A stretch of 64,000 bases of DNA from Promethearchaeota archaeon (GTDB lineage Archaea; Asgardarchaeota; Lokiarchaeia; Sigyniarchaeales; SOKP01): positions 352,001 to 416,000 of the forward strand of contig JBHLLT010000002.1 of the NCBI GenBank assembly GCA_048938855.1, in the 5' to 3' direction. The notes below the pieces were generated by a model that searched no databases, was not told the origin of the DNA, and was given only the letters and a program-made list of their open reading frames with translations. Below are positions 36,087 to 46,918 of the stretch, piece by piece. Made by a program: the position numbers and the translations under genes. How positions within the stretch are numbered: position 1 is the first letter of the stretch; every line of letters begins with the position of its first letter.

Positions 36087-37100
36087 ATGAACTCGCAAAT
36101 TCTTGCTTTTCTTAAAGAAATTGGATTTTCTGATATTCAAATAGATATTTACAAATATTTTTTGATGTATAAAACTGGCACTATTAATGATATTAAAACG
36201 GAACTTAATTATTCATATACCCAAGTATATCATAACCTTCTTTATCTAGGAAATAGAAACCTTATAGAATCCTCAAATGAATCAAAACCAAAATTATATT
36301 TTAGAGTCAATCCAAAAATAGCATTGACAAAATTAGTTACCAAGAAAATAAACAATCTTAAATACAATATTGAGAAAATTGATGAGGAGCTTAAAGCTCA
36401 AGAAAGTAAGTTTGGAAGATGTTTGAAGGATATTAGTTTCTATCATTATTCTGATGTTAACCTTGCTTATGAAAACTTTTACAATTTGTTTGAAACAAGT
36501 CAAAAAGAAATTATATTAACTTCATTACCCCCCTCAATGCTAAAAAAACTTGAACCTAGTCTATATGAGGCGTATAGGAGAGGGATTGAAATTAAGTTCT
36601 ACTTTTCTTTAGCAGATTTTGAAGAAATCTCTAATTATCTTGAAATTATTACAGATATCCTAAAAAAAATCAAAATTGAATTAATTCAAACAGAACAAAA
36701 AACTTGCCAAGTTATTAAATACAACGATGAAATAGTAAATATGGGTAATATCCTTTTAGATGAGAATTATTTGAACTCAATTGTTTTTAAAGAAGATGAA
36801 GCATTTCATTTTGATGGTTTTCGAAGTCCTTTTGCAAAACAAGCGAAAAATTACTTAGAAGTATTAACTGTTGTTAAGAGAATAGAAATTGAGTATCCTG
36901 AACCAATTAAGAAAATATTGAATACAATTAAGGAAACCAAAATTATTAAAACTAGAGATCTTAGTAGTAAATCGAAATTAGGTGGAGCAAAATTAAAAGA
37001 AATCCTAGGATTCTTAGTAGATGAAGGATTAATTAAAGAAACTATAATTAAAGGAGAAAATGCCGGTCGACCAAAAAGAGTATACTCCTTAGTAAGTTAA
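36087..37100 (+). CDS. TrmB family transcriptional regulator with additional C-terminal wHTH
   Basis: LKEIGFS...KPKLYFRVNP N-terminus; SQKEIIL...AYRRGIEI effector domain; GRPKRVYSL wing. Confidence 0.85.
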   Translation: MNSQILAFLKEIGFSDIQIDIYKYFLMYKTGTINDIKTELNYSYTQVYHNLLYLGNRNLIESSNESKPKLYFRVNPKIALTKLVTKKINNLKYNIEKIDEELKAQESKFGRCLKDISFYHYSDVNLAYENFYNLFETSQKEIILTSLPPSMLKKLEPSLYEAYRRGIEIKFYFSLADFEEISNYLEIITDILKKIKIELIQTEQKTCQVIKYNDEIVNMGNILLDENYLNSIVFKEDEAFHFDGFRSPFAKQAKNYLEVLTVVKRIEIEYPEPIKKILNTIKETKIIKTRDLSSKSKLGGAKLKEILGFLVDEGLIKETIIKGENAGRPKRVYSLVS

Positions 37101-37328
37101 TATTCTTATTAACTTATATATAATTCATTTTTGTCGGATACATCCTTTGTAAAGAAAATATAAAAGTTTTCCTATTAATATCTTTGTTAAATATATTATT
37201 TCGTTCTTTTGGAGCGAATTTTAGAATATAATGCTCAAATCTAAATATACAAATTTGTATTATTTTTCCAGAATTAGAAAACTGATAGTCTGTATTGGTT
37301 TATTTTAAATAAGATTAAATATAAAATT

Positions 37329-37487
37329 ATGTCAAAAGCAGTTTCTTATTATGATTGGGAATTATCATTTAAGACCAAATCTAATAAGGATCAGACGGAA
37401 CACAAAGAAAATTTTAATTCTCTAGGAATTTCTGATAACAATTTCAAGGATTTTATAAAAACATGGAAAGAAAAAAACCTTTCTTAA
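37329..37487 (+). CDS. Possible 52-aa microprotein
   Basis: Manual translation MSKAVSYYDWELSFKTKSNKDQTEHKENFNSLGISDNNFKDFIKTWKEKNLS*, lying in an otherwise empty gap. Confidence 0.4.
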   Translation: MSKAVSYYDWELSFKTKSNKDQTEHKENFNSLGISDNNFKDFIKTWKEKNLS

Positions 37488-37518
37488 ATTTCAGTTTCTT
37501 AAGGCATTAAACATATCG

Positions 37519-40110
37519 TTATTCAATTATATCATAACGATAGAAAAGTTTGACTATCAGTCTTATAAACCAAAAATATCTTTTAGGAATTTTACTAATT
37601 AAAGTATTCAAAAATGGGAAATTTTCATCAGAGTTAGATGGTAAATTTTTCTCGAAATTAGGCCAATTTAACCCACCTGTTGCCTTAGGTGGTTTACCAA
37701 AGCTTTTAACATTTTTCCAGTCATTTTTATTTGTTTTTGACCCCAACCATGTTGTATCCGTTTTAATATAGATTAATTCATTTGATTCAAATTTTATTAT
37801 ACCAAATACATTTATAGGGCCGATACCTCCTATGTAATCAAAATTCTCAATTAATATCACATTTTCCCCTTTTATTAGATAATCCTTAATATCAAATATT
37901 TGTATATTGTTTTCAATCCCAACAAAATTTAATGTTCTTCTTGTAATCACATGCCCAATATATTCATTATTTATATAAACTTTCGCGAAACACCCTGCTA
38001 TTACTTGTAAATAAGCCTGACTGATTTCTTCGTCAATATGAATATGCTTTTTATAATATGTTGTATGAACGTCATGTATGTAATTTGAATTAAAATAAAT
38101 CAGTTCACTTGGGATGTTAGGATCTTCCCATTGACTATTAGTCTTAAGCTTATTTAATTTATCATCGTAAAATTGCATTAACCATAAATATTTTTGCTTG
38201 ATTGATTTAAATCCTTCTTTCTTAGAGGATTTTAGCCATAATATTTCATGCTCTTCTAATAAATCTATCAAATCTTCTTTTAGATCTTTAATTTCTTTTA
38301 TCAATCGATCTTTTCGATTTTTCTTACTTTTAAATAAATATTCAATAGAATTTTTCGAATTTACTCTTTTTTTACAATAAAATTTTAAATTTTTAGCAAC
38401 AAAAGCGAGACTCCTAATATTTATTTTATTTTTGGGGATAATATTCTCTAATTCTTCACACTTTTTAATTATTTCATCCATATCTGAGATTAGTTTGCCA
38501 AAACCCTTAACTTTTATATTCTTTTTGTACTTAGAAGTTTTCTTATTAAATGGATGAGCAAAAAAATGATTATAATAACCTGATGGTCTGGTATGTAATA
38601 ATCTTTTATCTTGAATTAACCTCAACTTGCTAAAAATTTCAACCAATCGACGATCATCAATTCCAAAGAAATGAATAAATAGACTTTTCCAAAATTTAAA
38701 CTGATTAATTTCTCTTAATGGATTCCAACCTATCATACCAGAGAAAATAAAACCATAAATTCTGTTCTCTCGAATTTCTTTGTTTCTATAATCACCCCAA
38801 CTTGATGTGATTTCTCCAATTATCCCTTTTTCATAACCATACTTAATTAAATTTGCGATATTTTTTTCGTATTTATCGATTGATGGAAAAAATCGATTGA
38901 AATCCATTATTGAAGGACTAACTATTATTGGAAAACCAAATTTATTAATTTCTTTTAATATAGGATATTTTTCTTTCACATTATAATTCCAATATACTAT
39001 AATCATATCTTTAGGTAAATTTTTGAGGAGTTTCTTCAATGTATATAGAGTATCATGGTAGATAACAATTTTTTGATATCCATATTTTTTAACGATTTTA
39101 TAAACTTTTTTATAATGATTAAGATAAGCATTTTCAATACCAATTTCATTTATATATTGTTTCGAATTTTCTCGTCCAACATCTAAACTTTCATCGCCTC
39201 CAATATGAAAATATTCAGATGTAAAAACTTCACTTAGTTCACCGATCATACCATCTAAAATTTCATATATTTCCTTATTTGCAATATTTAAACTGTTTGA
39301 ACCTGGAAATTCTCCATACTTCCAATATTTAGGACTATGTAAAATATTATCCCAATTTCCTAATGTTTGAAAGACAGGAATCAGTTCCACAAACCATTTT
39401 TTTGCATATTCGATTAAATTTTTTAATTCTTCTTTAGAATAGGCGCCTCTATCTTTTCCAATATCGGGATAATTTTTAAAGCTAAACATGTCTAACATAA
39501 ACGCTAAATAATATTGATTTACTTTATAACAGCTTAAAGTCTTGATAAATTTCTTCAAATTTTCAATTGTAGGTGCTTGACCTCTTGAAATATCATCAGA
39601 GATGCCACGAATTTGTAAAGAAGGAAAATCTAAAATTCTTAAATTATTAATTGAGAGCTTATCACTAGACGAATTTAATAATTGAAGAAAAGTTTGAACT
39701 CCATAATAGAATCCTTGTAAAAATTTTGCTTTTATAATTACTTTAGAATCTCTAGCGATTAAGAGATATCCTTGATTTTCGTATAACTTCTTCTTTTTAG
39801 TTTCATTATAAAGCGATTCTGGAAAAATAGAGATACTCTCATCTAAAAATAAATTTATCTTTGGAAAATTATCAGGATCTTGAACTTTAATAACTTCTAT
39901 ATTCTTATTAAAACTAGAAGAGGCTAAAGATTCTTGTATTTGTTGTATAATATAATTATTTTTTTCAGATAAATCGGTATACAATTTCGAAAATTCATTA
40001 ATTTTCATTTTTTGAGAATTATCAATCTTAATGTATTGAGGAGAAGGAATTATAAATAATTCTTCTTTTGTCACTTCAGTTTGAACTAAATTATCTAAAT
40101 AAAGGAACAT
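37519..40110 (-). CDS. Glycoside hydrolase family 20 (beta-N-acetylhexosaminidase) with C-terminal beta-sandwich
   Basis: [16 protein letters not shown] and catalytic HIGGDE motifs; no signal peptide. Confidence 0.88.
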   Translation of the reverse strand: MFLYLDNLVQTEVTKEELFIIPSPQYIKIDNSQKMKINEFSKLYTDLSEKNNYIIQQIQESLASSSFNKNIEVIKVQDPDNFPKINLFLDESISIFPESLYNETKKKKLYENQGYLLIARDSKVIIKAKFLQGFYYGVQTFLQLLNSSSDKLSINNLRILDFPSLQIRGISDDISRGQAPTIENLKKFIKTLSCYKVNQYYLAFMLDMFSFKNYPDIGKDRGAYSKEELKNLIEYAKKWFVELIPVFQTLGNWDNILHSPKYWKYGEFPGSNSLNIANKEIYEILDGMIGELSEVFTSEYFHIGGDESLDVGRENSKQYINEIGIENAYLNHYKKVYKIVKKYGYQKIVIYHDTLYTLKKLLKNLPKDMIIVYWNYNVKEKYPILKEINKFGFPIIVSPSIMDFNRFFPSIDKYEKNIANLIKYGYEKGIIGEITSSWGDYRNKEIRENRIYGFIFSGMIGWNPLREINQFKFWKSLFIHFFGIDDRRLVEIFSKLRLIQDKRLLHTRPSGYYNHFFAHPFNKKTSKYKKNIKVKGFGKLISDMDEIIKKCEELENIIPKNKINIRSLAFVAKNLKFYCKKRVNSKNSIEYLFKSKKNRKDRLIKEIKDLKEDLIDLLEEHEILWLKSSKKEGFKSIKQKYLWLMQFYDDKLNKLKTNSQWEDPNIPSELIYFNSNYIHDVHTTYYKKHIHIDEEISQAYLQVIAGCFAKVYINNEYIGHVITRRTLNFVGIENNIQIFDIKDYLIKGENVILIENFDYIGGIGPINVFGIIKFESNELIYIKTDTTWLGSKTNKNDWKNVKSFGKPPKATGGLNWPNFEKNLPSNSDENFPFLNTLISKIPKRYFWFIRLIVKLFYRYDIIE

Positions 40111-40173
40111 AATTTTAATTAAAAAAGATTAAAAAATTTAGCTAAATAAAGGAAAATTAATTTTCTTTTAAAT

Positions 40174-41859
40174 TTATACTTCTTCTCCTCGCCTTTTGGC
40201 CTCAATTTCCTTTAGGTCTTTCCTAAGCACTTTACCTACAAGAGTCTCTGGCAACTCTTTTCTATATTCGATATGTTTTGGTACTTTATAGGGTGCTACG
40301 TTTTTCCTGCAAAATTCTCTTAATTCATTTGTCATTTCTTCACTTTCCATAAAACCATCTTTTAAAACTATATATGCCTTAACATGTTCACTACCTGGGA
40401 TTTTCGGATTGGGGATTCCAATAATAGCAACATTTTCAACAGCTTCGTGTTCAAATAAGACATCTTCAAGTTCCCTTGGATATACTTTAAACCCACTAAC
40501 ATTTATCATATCTTTTTTTCTGTCAACAATGTAGAAGTAACCATCTTCGTCCATTTTTCCAATATCACCTGTTAACAACCAACCATCTTTAATTTGATTC
40601 TCAGTAGCATCTGGTTTATTCCAATATCCTTTCATCACTTGAGGGCCTTTTATTATAATTTCTCCTTCTTGACCAAGCGGCATAATTTTTGTATAGTCAT
40701 CAATATTAACTATTTTTACTACTGTATCAGGAATAGGCATTCCGACAGAACCGACTTTTCTTGTACCGATAAATGGATTACTATTTGTTACAGGTGAAGA
40801 TTCTGTTAAACCATAACCTTCAAGAATTTTACCACCAGTTCTCTCTTCAAATTCTTTCTGAACTTCCGGTGGCATTGGAGCTGCTCCAGTATTGCAAATC
40901 CTAATAGATTTCAAATCTTTAGCATAGTCTTCAAGATCGTCTCGTTCTAGCAAACGCATATACATCGTTGGAACACCTGGAAACATTGTAGGTTTCGTAG
41001 ATTTTATTAATTCGAATAAAGATTTTTGATCTCTTGGATCAGGATTTAGAGCTATTGTCGATCCGTTATAAATATGTAAATTCATACATACAGTTTGACC
41101 ATAAATATGAAATAATGGTAAATTTGTTAAAATGGTTTCTTTTCCTCTTCTAAAGTCTTCTCCACCCCACGCAACTACAGCCATACAGTTCGAGACAAGA
41201 TTATAATGAGTAAGCATTGCTCCTTTTGGTAATCCTGTTGTACCTCCCGTATATTGAAGGCATGCGGGATCTTCTTTTGCTTTAATTTCAAATTGAGGAG
41301 GGTTAGGTTTAGTACTATTAATTAAATTAAGAAATTGCAAAGTTCCTGCGATTTCTGGGGGATTTCTTGAAGCCATTGGTGCATAATCAAAGATATTGGT
41401 AACAATGATATGCCTAAGGCGCGTACGTTCCTTTATTTTATTGATCTTCTCTATTTGATTATCCCAAGCAATAATAATCTCAGCTCCAGAATCATTTAAT
41501 TGGTAAGCGAGTTCATGTTCAGTGTGTAAAACTGAACAAGCAGTGACAATACCACCAGCTTTCAATATTCCATAATAACCAATTATAAATTGAGGAAAAT
41601 TTGGAATCATTAATGCAACAACTTGTCCTTTTTTTAACCCCAAATTAACTAAGGCAGTTGCGAGTCTTTCTGCAATGTCTTTTAACTTTTTATAAGAAAT
41701 TTTATTCTTCATAAACCAGATTGCAGTTCTACTTCCAAATTCATTTGTTGAATTGTCGAGAAATTTATAGATATTCATTTCAGGATAATCAATACTACTA
41801 GGGACTCCTTTATCATAATTTTTTAACCAAGGCTTTTCAGCATAAGGGTCTTCACTCAT
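40174..41859 (-). CDS. Long-chain fatty-acid--CoA ligase
   Basis: YTGGTTGLPKG, YGLTE, TGD, DRKKDMI and VGKVLR motifs. Confidence 0.93.
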   Translation of the reverse strand: MSEDPYAEKPWLKNYDKGVPSSIDYPEMNIYKFLDNSTNEFGSRTAIWFMKNKISYKKLKDIAERLATALVNLGLKKGQVVALMIPNFPQFIIGYYGILKAGGIVTACSVLHTEHELAYQLNDSGAEIIIAWDNQIEKINKIKERTRLRHIIVTNIFDYAPMASRNPPEIAGTLQFLNLINSTKPNPPQFEIKAKEDPACLQYTGGTTGLPKGAMLTHYNLVSNCMAVVAWGGEDFRRGKETILTNLPLFHIYGQTVCMNLHIYNGSTIALNPDPRDQKSLFELIKSTKPTMFPGVPTMYMRLLERDDLEDYAKDLKSIRICNTGAAPMPPEVQKEFEERTGGKILEGYGLTESSPVTNSNPFIGTRKVGSVGMPIPDTVVKIVNIDDYTKIMPLGQEGEIIIKGPQVMKGYWNKPDATENQIKDGWLLTGDIGKMDEDGYFYIVDRKKDMINVSGFKVYPRELEDVLFEHEAVENVAIIGIPNPKIPGSEHVKAYIVLKDGFMESEEMTNELREFCRKNVAPYKVPKHIEYRKELPETLVGKVLRKDLKEIEAKRRGEEV

Positions 41860-41936
41860 TTCTATATTACCTTTTTAATTTTTCATATTTTTTATGTTAT
41901 AAAATTAAATAATTTGATATTGACTAATTAATTTTC

Positions 41937-43361
41937 TTATTCTTCTGTTAAAATGTCTATGGCATTAAGAGCAGATTCACAAACATAATCACACCTATCG
42001 TGTACTAACCCATTTAAACTTGAAATTATTTCATCTGTGTTTATGCCAATCAATCCTAAAGCTTCTGATGCTCTCCATCTAACATCAGGATTTTCATCCT
42101 TAAGAGCTTTTATTAAAGATGGAATTACTTTATTTGAAATTGAGCCTAATTTTCCTAAAGAAAGTGCTGCAACACGTCTTACAATATATTTTGGGTCATT
42201 TAAAGCTTTAGCAAGAGCATAAACTGCCTCTTCTGAATTTAATCCAATCTCCCCTAATGCTCTAGCAACTTCTACTCTAAAAGATGCCTTTTTCGAAAAA
42301 GGATCTTTAAAAAATGTGTCCATTTTTTTTATAAATTTGTTTGTAAAAGTAGGAGATATATCTTTTTCTTGTTCCTGCATATAAAGATAGTCAATTAATA
42401 CTGGTACAGCTTCTTCAGCATCAATACTTATCCCTCTTAATGCAGAAATTATAATATTTCTCATATTGATATTTGATTTTTCTATTGCTTTAATTAAATA
42501 TGGCACAGCAATTTTACCAATATTCCTGAGAGCATCAGCAGCTTTTCCTCTAACAGCTTCAACTTTATCATTTAATAAATCTGCTACTCTTTCAATAATT
42601 TTTGGATCATTAACTTTCATCTCTCCTAAAGTTTCAACTGCTTTTTTCCTAACTGTATCACTCTTATGAGATAATATATCTAAGAGACTAGGAATAGCAG
42701 CCTCTCCAATATCACTTAAAGTGTTCGAAACTCGGTATCTTACTCTCCAATCGGGATCTTCAAGTGCAGTTATTAAATTTGGTATTGCCTTTGTAGATCC
42801 TCTTCCAATCTTGCTAATTGATTGAGCAGAGGCAGTTCTAACTTTCCAACTTACATCTTTAAGGCCATTCATTAAATGCGGAATTGCTTCATATGCATCT
42901 GTTCCGAGATCTCCAAGTGCTATCGCAACCTCAGCTCGCACAATTTCAGATTTGTCATCTAATGCATCTATTAATCCTGAAATTGCTTCATTAGTAGGTT
43001 CTCCAATACTCCCAATAGCGATTGCAGCCTCTTTTCTTATTGATTCTTCATTATCTGTTAACATTTTAGATAATTGAGGTATTGCATCGTTGGCAATTTT
43101 TCCTATTTTACCCATTGTTCTAGCAGCTTCACGACAAATACTCCAATCATTATCTTCTAAACACTCTTTCAACTTTGAAAGACCATTAACAGACTTTTGT
43201 CCCAATTCTCCTAATACAAGAATAGCATTAAATTTAACAGATCTAATTTCACTACCTAAATGGTTTATTACTTCATTTATAACAGCTTCATCTTTCTCGA
43301 TACGAGATAAAACTAGATCAATTCGAGCATCTCTTAATAAATGTTCCAAAGAAGCAGACAT
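41937..43361 (-). CDS. HEAT-repeat (PBS lyase-like) protein
   Basis: More than 10 repeats of 'AIP.LI.AL.D....VR..AA.ALG.IG'. Confidence 0.9.
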   Translation of the reverse strand: MSASLEHLLRDARIDLVLSRIEKDEAVINEVINHLGSEIRSVKFNAILVLGELGQKSVNGLSKLKECLEDNDWSICREAARTMGKIGKIANDAIPQLSKMLTDNEESIRKEAAIAIGSIGEPTNEAISGLIDALDDKSEIVRAEVAIALGDLGTDAYEAIPHLMNGLKDVSWKVRTASAQSISKIGRGSTKAIPNLITALEDPDWRVRYRVSNTLSDIGEAAIPSLLDILSHKSDTVRKKAVETLGEMKVNDPKIIERVADLLNDKVEAVRGKAADALRNIGKIAVPYLIKAIEKSNINMRNIIISALRGISIDAEEAVPVLIDYLYMQEQEKDISPTFTNKFIKKMDTFFKDPFSKKASFRVEVARALGEIGLNSEEAVYALAKALNDPKYIVRRVAALSLGKLGSISNKVIPSLIKALKDENPDVRWRASEALGLIGINTDEIISSLNGLVHDRCDYVCESALNAIDILTEE

Positions 43362-43372
43362 TTCAAATCACC

Positions 43373-44086
43373 TTAAATACCTAAATATACTTGTTTAATT
43401 CGTGGTTCTCTCTTTAATTCTTCTTTCGTCCCTCGCATCTCAATTTTTCCTTCTTCTAGAACATGAATGTATTGTGAAACATCCATAGCTAAAACCGCAT
43501 CTTGTTCAACCAATAGAGTTGTTGTTCCTTCTTCTTTTATTTTCTCAATGGCATCAAAAATACTCTGTTTAACTTTTGGTGCTAATCCTAAAGATGGCTC
43601 GTCCATAAGTAATAGTTTCGGATTGGACATTATGGCCCGAGCAATTGCTAACATTTGTTGTTCTCCACCACTTAGTGTTCCCGCTCTCTGTTTTAACCTT
43701 TCTTTTAAACGTGGGAATATTTCATATATAAAATCTAATAATTCATCAAACTTTTTCCTATTTTTAAGTGTGTATGCGCCTAATCGTAGGTTTTCAGCAA
43801 CAGTCATATCATAAAATAATCTACGTCGTTCTGGACAATGAGAAATTCCCCTTTTAGCAATTTTATGAGGTTTCATACCATCTATCCTCTCACCTAAAAA
43901 TACTATTTTCCCTCTGTCTGGTTCTTCTAAACCCGAAATTACCCTAAGTAGAGTAGATTTTCCCGCTCCATTTGGGCCAATTACTGAATCTAACGATTGT
44001 TCGTCTATTTTTAAATTAATTTCTTCAAGAGCTCTAGCTTTTCCATAATAATGATATATTTTTTTTATTTCAAGCAAATCCTTCAC
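43373..44086 (-). CDS. livF: HAAT-family ABC transporter ATPase
   Basis: GPNGAGKST, LSGGEQQMLA, DEPSLGLAP, LVEQ motifs. Confidence 0.92.
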   Translation of the reverse strand: MKDLLEIKKIYHYYGKARALEEINLKIDEQSLDSVIGPNGAGKSTLLRVISGLEEPDRGKIVFLGERIDGMKPHKIAKRGISHCPERRRLFYDMTVAENLRLGAYTLKNRKKFDELLDFIYEIFPRLKERLKQRAGTLSGGEQQMLAIARAIMSNPKLLLMDEPSLGLAPKVKQSIFDAIEKIKEEGTTTLLVEQDAVLAMDVSQYIHVLEEGKIEMRGTKEELKREPRIKQVYLGI

Positions 44087-44810
44087 CTCTTCCTAAATAT
44101 GCTTCAAGTACAATTTTATTATTAGCAACCTCTCGAGGAGGTCCATCTGCAATAAATCTACCTTGGTGCATCGCAATTACTCTTGGTACTAGTGTCATTA
44201 ATTCACGAAGTACATGTCCAGTCAAAAAAATAGTAACCCCATCATCATGTAACTTTTTAATTAAATCAGTTATAACTGAATTTTCCTCGTGTGTTAATCC
44301 ACTAAAAGGCTCATCTAAAAGAAGTAATTCAGGATTGGTTCCAAGAGCCTTTCCAATTTGCAATTTCCTTAGATCACCATGAGGTAAAACTATTGGAGGA
44401 ATTCTAGCTTTATCTATAAGGCCTACAGAAGCGAGAATTGAACTTGCCTGTGCTTCAGTACCAACTTTTTTAGAAAGTTTTTTTCCCCTATTAGATAAGC
44501 AAGGTACTGTTATATTATCAAGTAAACTTAGAAATTTGAAAGATCGAACTAGTTGGAAAGTTCGAGCTATTCCCAAGTTTACAATTTTGAAAGGTCTCAT
44601 TCCAGTAATGTCAACGCCATCAAATCTAATTCTACCTGAAGAAGGTTTTTCAAACCCACTAATTAAATTGAAAACTGTTGTTTTTCCCGCACCATTTGGA
44701 CCAATCAAACCTACGAATTCTCCTCGTTCGATTTCGAAGCTAAAATCATTGACGGCTGTTAATCCTCCAAATTTTTTTGTTAAATTTTTAACTTCTAAAA
44801 TAACTCCCAT
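44070..44810 (-). CDS. livG: HAAT-family ABC transporter ATPase
   Basis: FGGL.AV, GPNGAGKTT, GIARTFQ, LLDEP and AYLG motifs. Confidence 0.92.
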   Translation of the reverse strand: MGVILEVKNLTKKFGGLTAVNDFSFEIERGEFVGLIGPNGAGKTTVFNLISGFEKPSSGRIRFDGVDITGMRPFKIVNLGIARTFQLVRSFKFLSLLDNITVPCLSNRGKKLSKKVGTEAQASSILASVGLIDKARIPPIVLPHGDLRKLQIGKALGTNPELLLLDEPFSGLTHEENSVITDLIKKLHDDGVTIFLTGHVLRELMTLVPRVIAMHQGRFIADGPPREVANNKIVLEAYLGRGEGFA

Positions 44811-44846
44811 TCTTTAACTCATCTTATGTTAAATTTTTATAAAATC

Positions 44847-45869
44847 TTATCTACCTAGCAATACATCCCATAAATCTTTCAAACGCTCCAATATAGGCTT
44901 TAATATACCATGTTCAGCAAACCTGACAACGATAATTAATATTAATGCAAAAATTAAAAATACATAATTTTCAAAACCAATTTGTATAAGAGAATATTCA
45001 AGAAAAATGAAGAAAAAAGCCCCCAATGCTGATCCAGAAATTGATGTTAACCCCCCTAAAGATGCCATCAAAATAGCAAAAAATGAAATAGTAGAACCAA
45101 AGTTTCCAGTAGGATTTACCGCTCCAACATATAAAGCGTAAAAAGAACCTGCAATTCCAGCGAATAAAGCACTTAACATGAAAGCATAAACTTTATATCT
45201 AGTTGTATTGACTCCCGAAGCATCTGCTCCTGTCTCATCATCTCGAATAGCTTTTAAGATAGTTCCAAATTTAGATTTAGCGATTTGGAAAATTATAATA
45301 AAAATTGCTACCATTGAAATTAAAATAATAAAATATTCAATAATTGGATTTGGACCTATACTGGGAAGTCCAGAAATTCCCTCTGAACCAAAAAAAATAT
45401 ACGATAACGATCCCATCAAAAACAATTTTAGTAGAATTAAGCTGAATGCAAGTGTTCCTAAAGCTAAATAAGGACCTTTTAAACGCAAACAGGGAATTCC
45501 AATGATTAATCCAAAAAAGACAGCTCCTATGGGGCCAATAATAACTGCTGCCCAAATAGGAAAATACCGGTAACTAATTAGATAAGCACAAATATAACCT
45601 GCAATTCCAAAAAAAATAGAATGACCAAAACTAATTTGACCAGATATTCCAGTTAATAGATCCCAACTTGCAGCAAAAATTGAATAAATCATTGCTAAAG
45701 TAAATTGTCGTAAAAAAACATACAAAAAATTCTGATTTGGAGAAAAAAAGGGAAGCATAATAAGAGCAATTAAAGTAAAAAGAGTTAACCCCCCAGTAAA
45801 TGTTTTAGCCCAAGATTTTAAATAATGTGGTACTTCTGAAACTTTATTCTTAATATTTTTTTTAGTCAA
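44847..45869 (-). CDS. livM: HAAT-family ABC permease
   Basis: GQISFGH, LRLKGPYLAL, AIRDDE..A...GVN motifs. Confidence 0.9.
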   Translation of the reverse strand: MTKKNIKNKVSEVPHYLKSWAKTFTGGLTLFTLIALIMLPFFSPNQNFLYVFLRQFTLAMIYSIFAASWDLLTGISGQISFGHSIFFGIAGYICAYLISYRYFPIWAAVIIGPIGAVFFGLIIGIPCLRLKGPYLALGTLAFSLILLKLFLMGSLSYIFFGSEGISGLPSIGPNPIIEYFIILISMVAIFIIIFQIAKSKFGTILKAIRDDETGADASGVNTTRYKVYAFMLSALFAGIAGSFYALYVGAVNPTGNFGSTISFFAILMASLGGLTSISGSALGAFFFIFLEYSLIQIGFENYVFLIFALILIIVVRFAEHGILKPILERLKDLWDVLLGR

Positions 45870-45873
45870 TATA

Positions 45874-46761
45874 TTATCTCACCTCTTTTTTTCCAAATAA
45901 TCCTTGTGGTCTTATTAAAAGCACGATTACAATAACAATTATAGGTACTAAATGAGCCCAAGAAGGTCCATTGGGTATAAAAACTGATGTAAAACTAGTA
46001 ATATATCCAACAATAAAAGATCCAATAATACTTCCAATAAGACTTCCCATTCCACCAAGAATAACTACTGCAAATGAGCTCGTTAAATATTCCCATCCCA
46101 TATGCGGACCGTTTATAGAAGCTCCTGGTAAATAAAGGAATGCTCCAATTCCAGCAAGGAATGCAGAGATCATTACAGTATATAAAAGTATCCTATTTGC
46201 ATTTATGCCCATAAGTGTTGCAGCTTCACGATCTTGCGAAACAGCACGAATCGATTTACCTATTTTTGTCTTATTAATAAATAATGCGAAGGTTAATACT
46301 ATAATCAAAGAAATAATAATAAGTAATATGTATTGATTTATCATCGTATATCCTAAAACATCCACTGAACCTGGTATTAATCTTAATTGTGGAAGTGACC
46401 AAGATTCTGTACCTGAAATTATTAAAACTAATTGTTCTATGAAGAAAGCTAGAGCAAAAGTAATTAGAACAACTCCTACACTAGTATCTTGAAGTGGTTT
46501 AATTAATAATAAATAAGTTAACCCTCCAATGATTGTTATGACCACTAGTGCTATAACAACTATAAGCCAATTAAGCCCTGCAAGTATTGGCCACGATAAC
46601 ATCCATAAAAGAAGATATCCCGTTAACATAAAATAAGCACCATGAGCTAAATTCATAATGCCACCTACTCCATAAACCAAGGAATATCCTAAAGAAATTA
46701 ATGCAAGAACAGCGCCCTGTAAGGCACCATTAAATAACATATTAATTATATCGCTAATCAT
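45874..46761 (-). CDS. livH: HAAT-family ABC permease
   Basis: GYSLVYG...NLAHG, IRAVSQDREAATLMGI and RPQGLFG motifs. Confidence 0.92.
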   Translation of the reverse strand: MISDIINMLFNGALQGAVLALISLGYSLVYGVGGIMNLAHGAYFMLTGYLLLWMLSWPILAGLNWLIVVIALVVITIIGGLTYLLLIKPLQDTSVGVVLITFALAFFIEQLVLIISGTESWSLPQLRLIPGSVDVLGYTMINQYILLIIISLIIVLTFALFINKTKIGKSIRAVSQDREAATLMGINANRILLYTVMISAFLAGIGAFLYLPGASINGPHMGWEYLTSSFAVVILGGMGSLIGSIIGSFIVGYITSFTSVFIPNGPSWAHLVPIIVIVIVLLIRPQGLFGKKEVR

Positions 46762-46918
46762 AATAATTAACTCTGAAAATAATTACAACAGACTCTTATA
46801 TTTATTGTTCAATCTCATCTTTTATAAAACTAATCTTTATTCCATTTTTAGACAAATATATACAATTCATTGATTTTATATAATAAAAAAAAGAAATTAA
46901 TTAAATTTTTAAATTATT

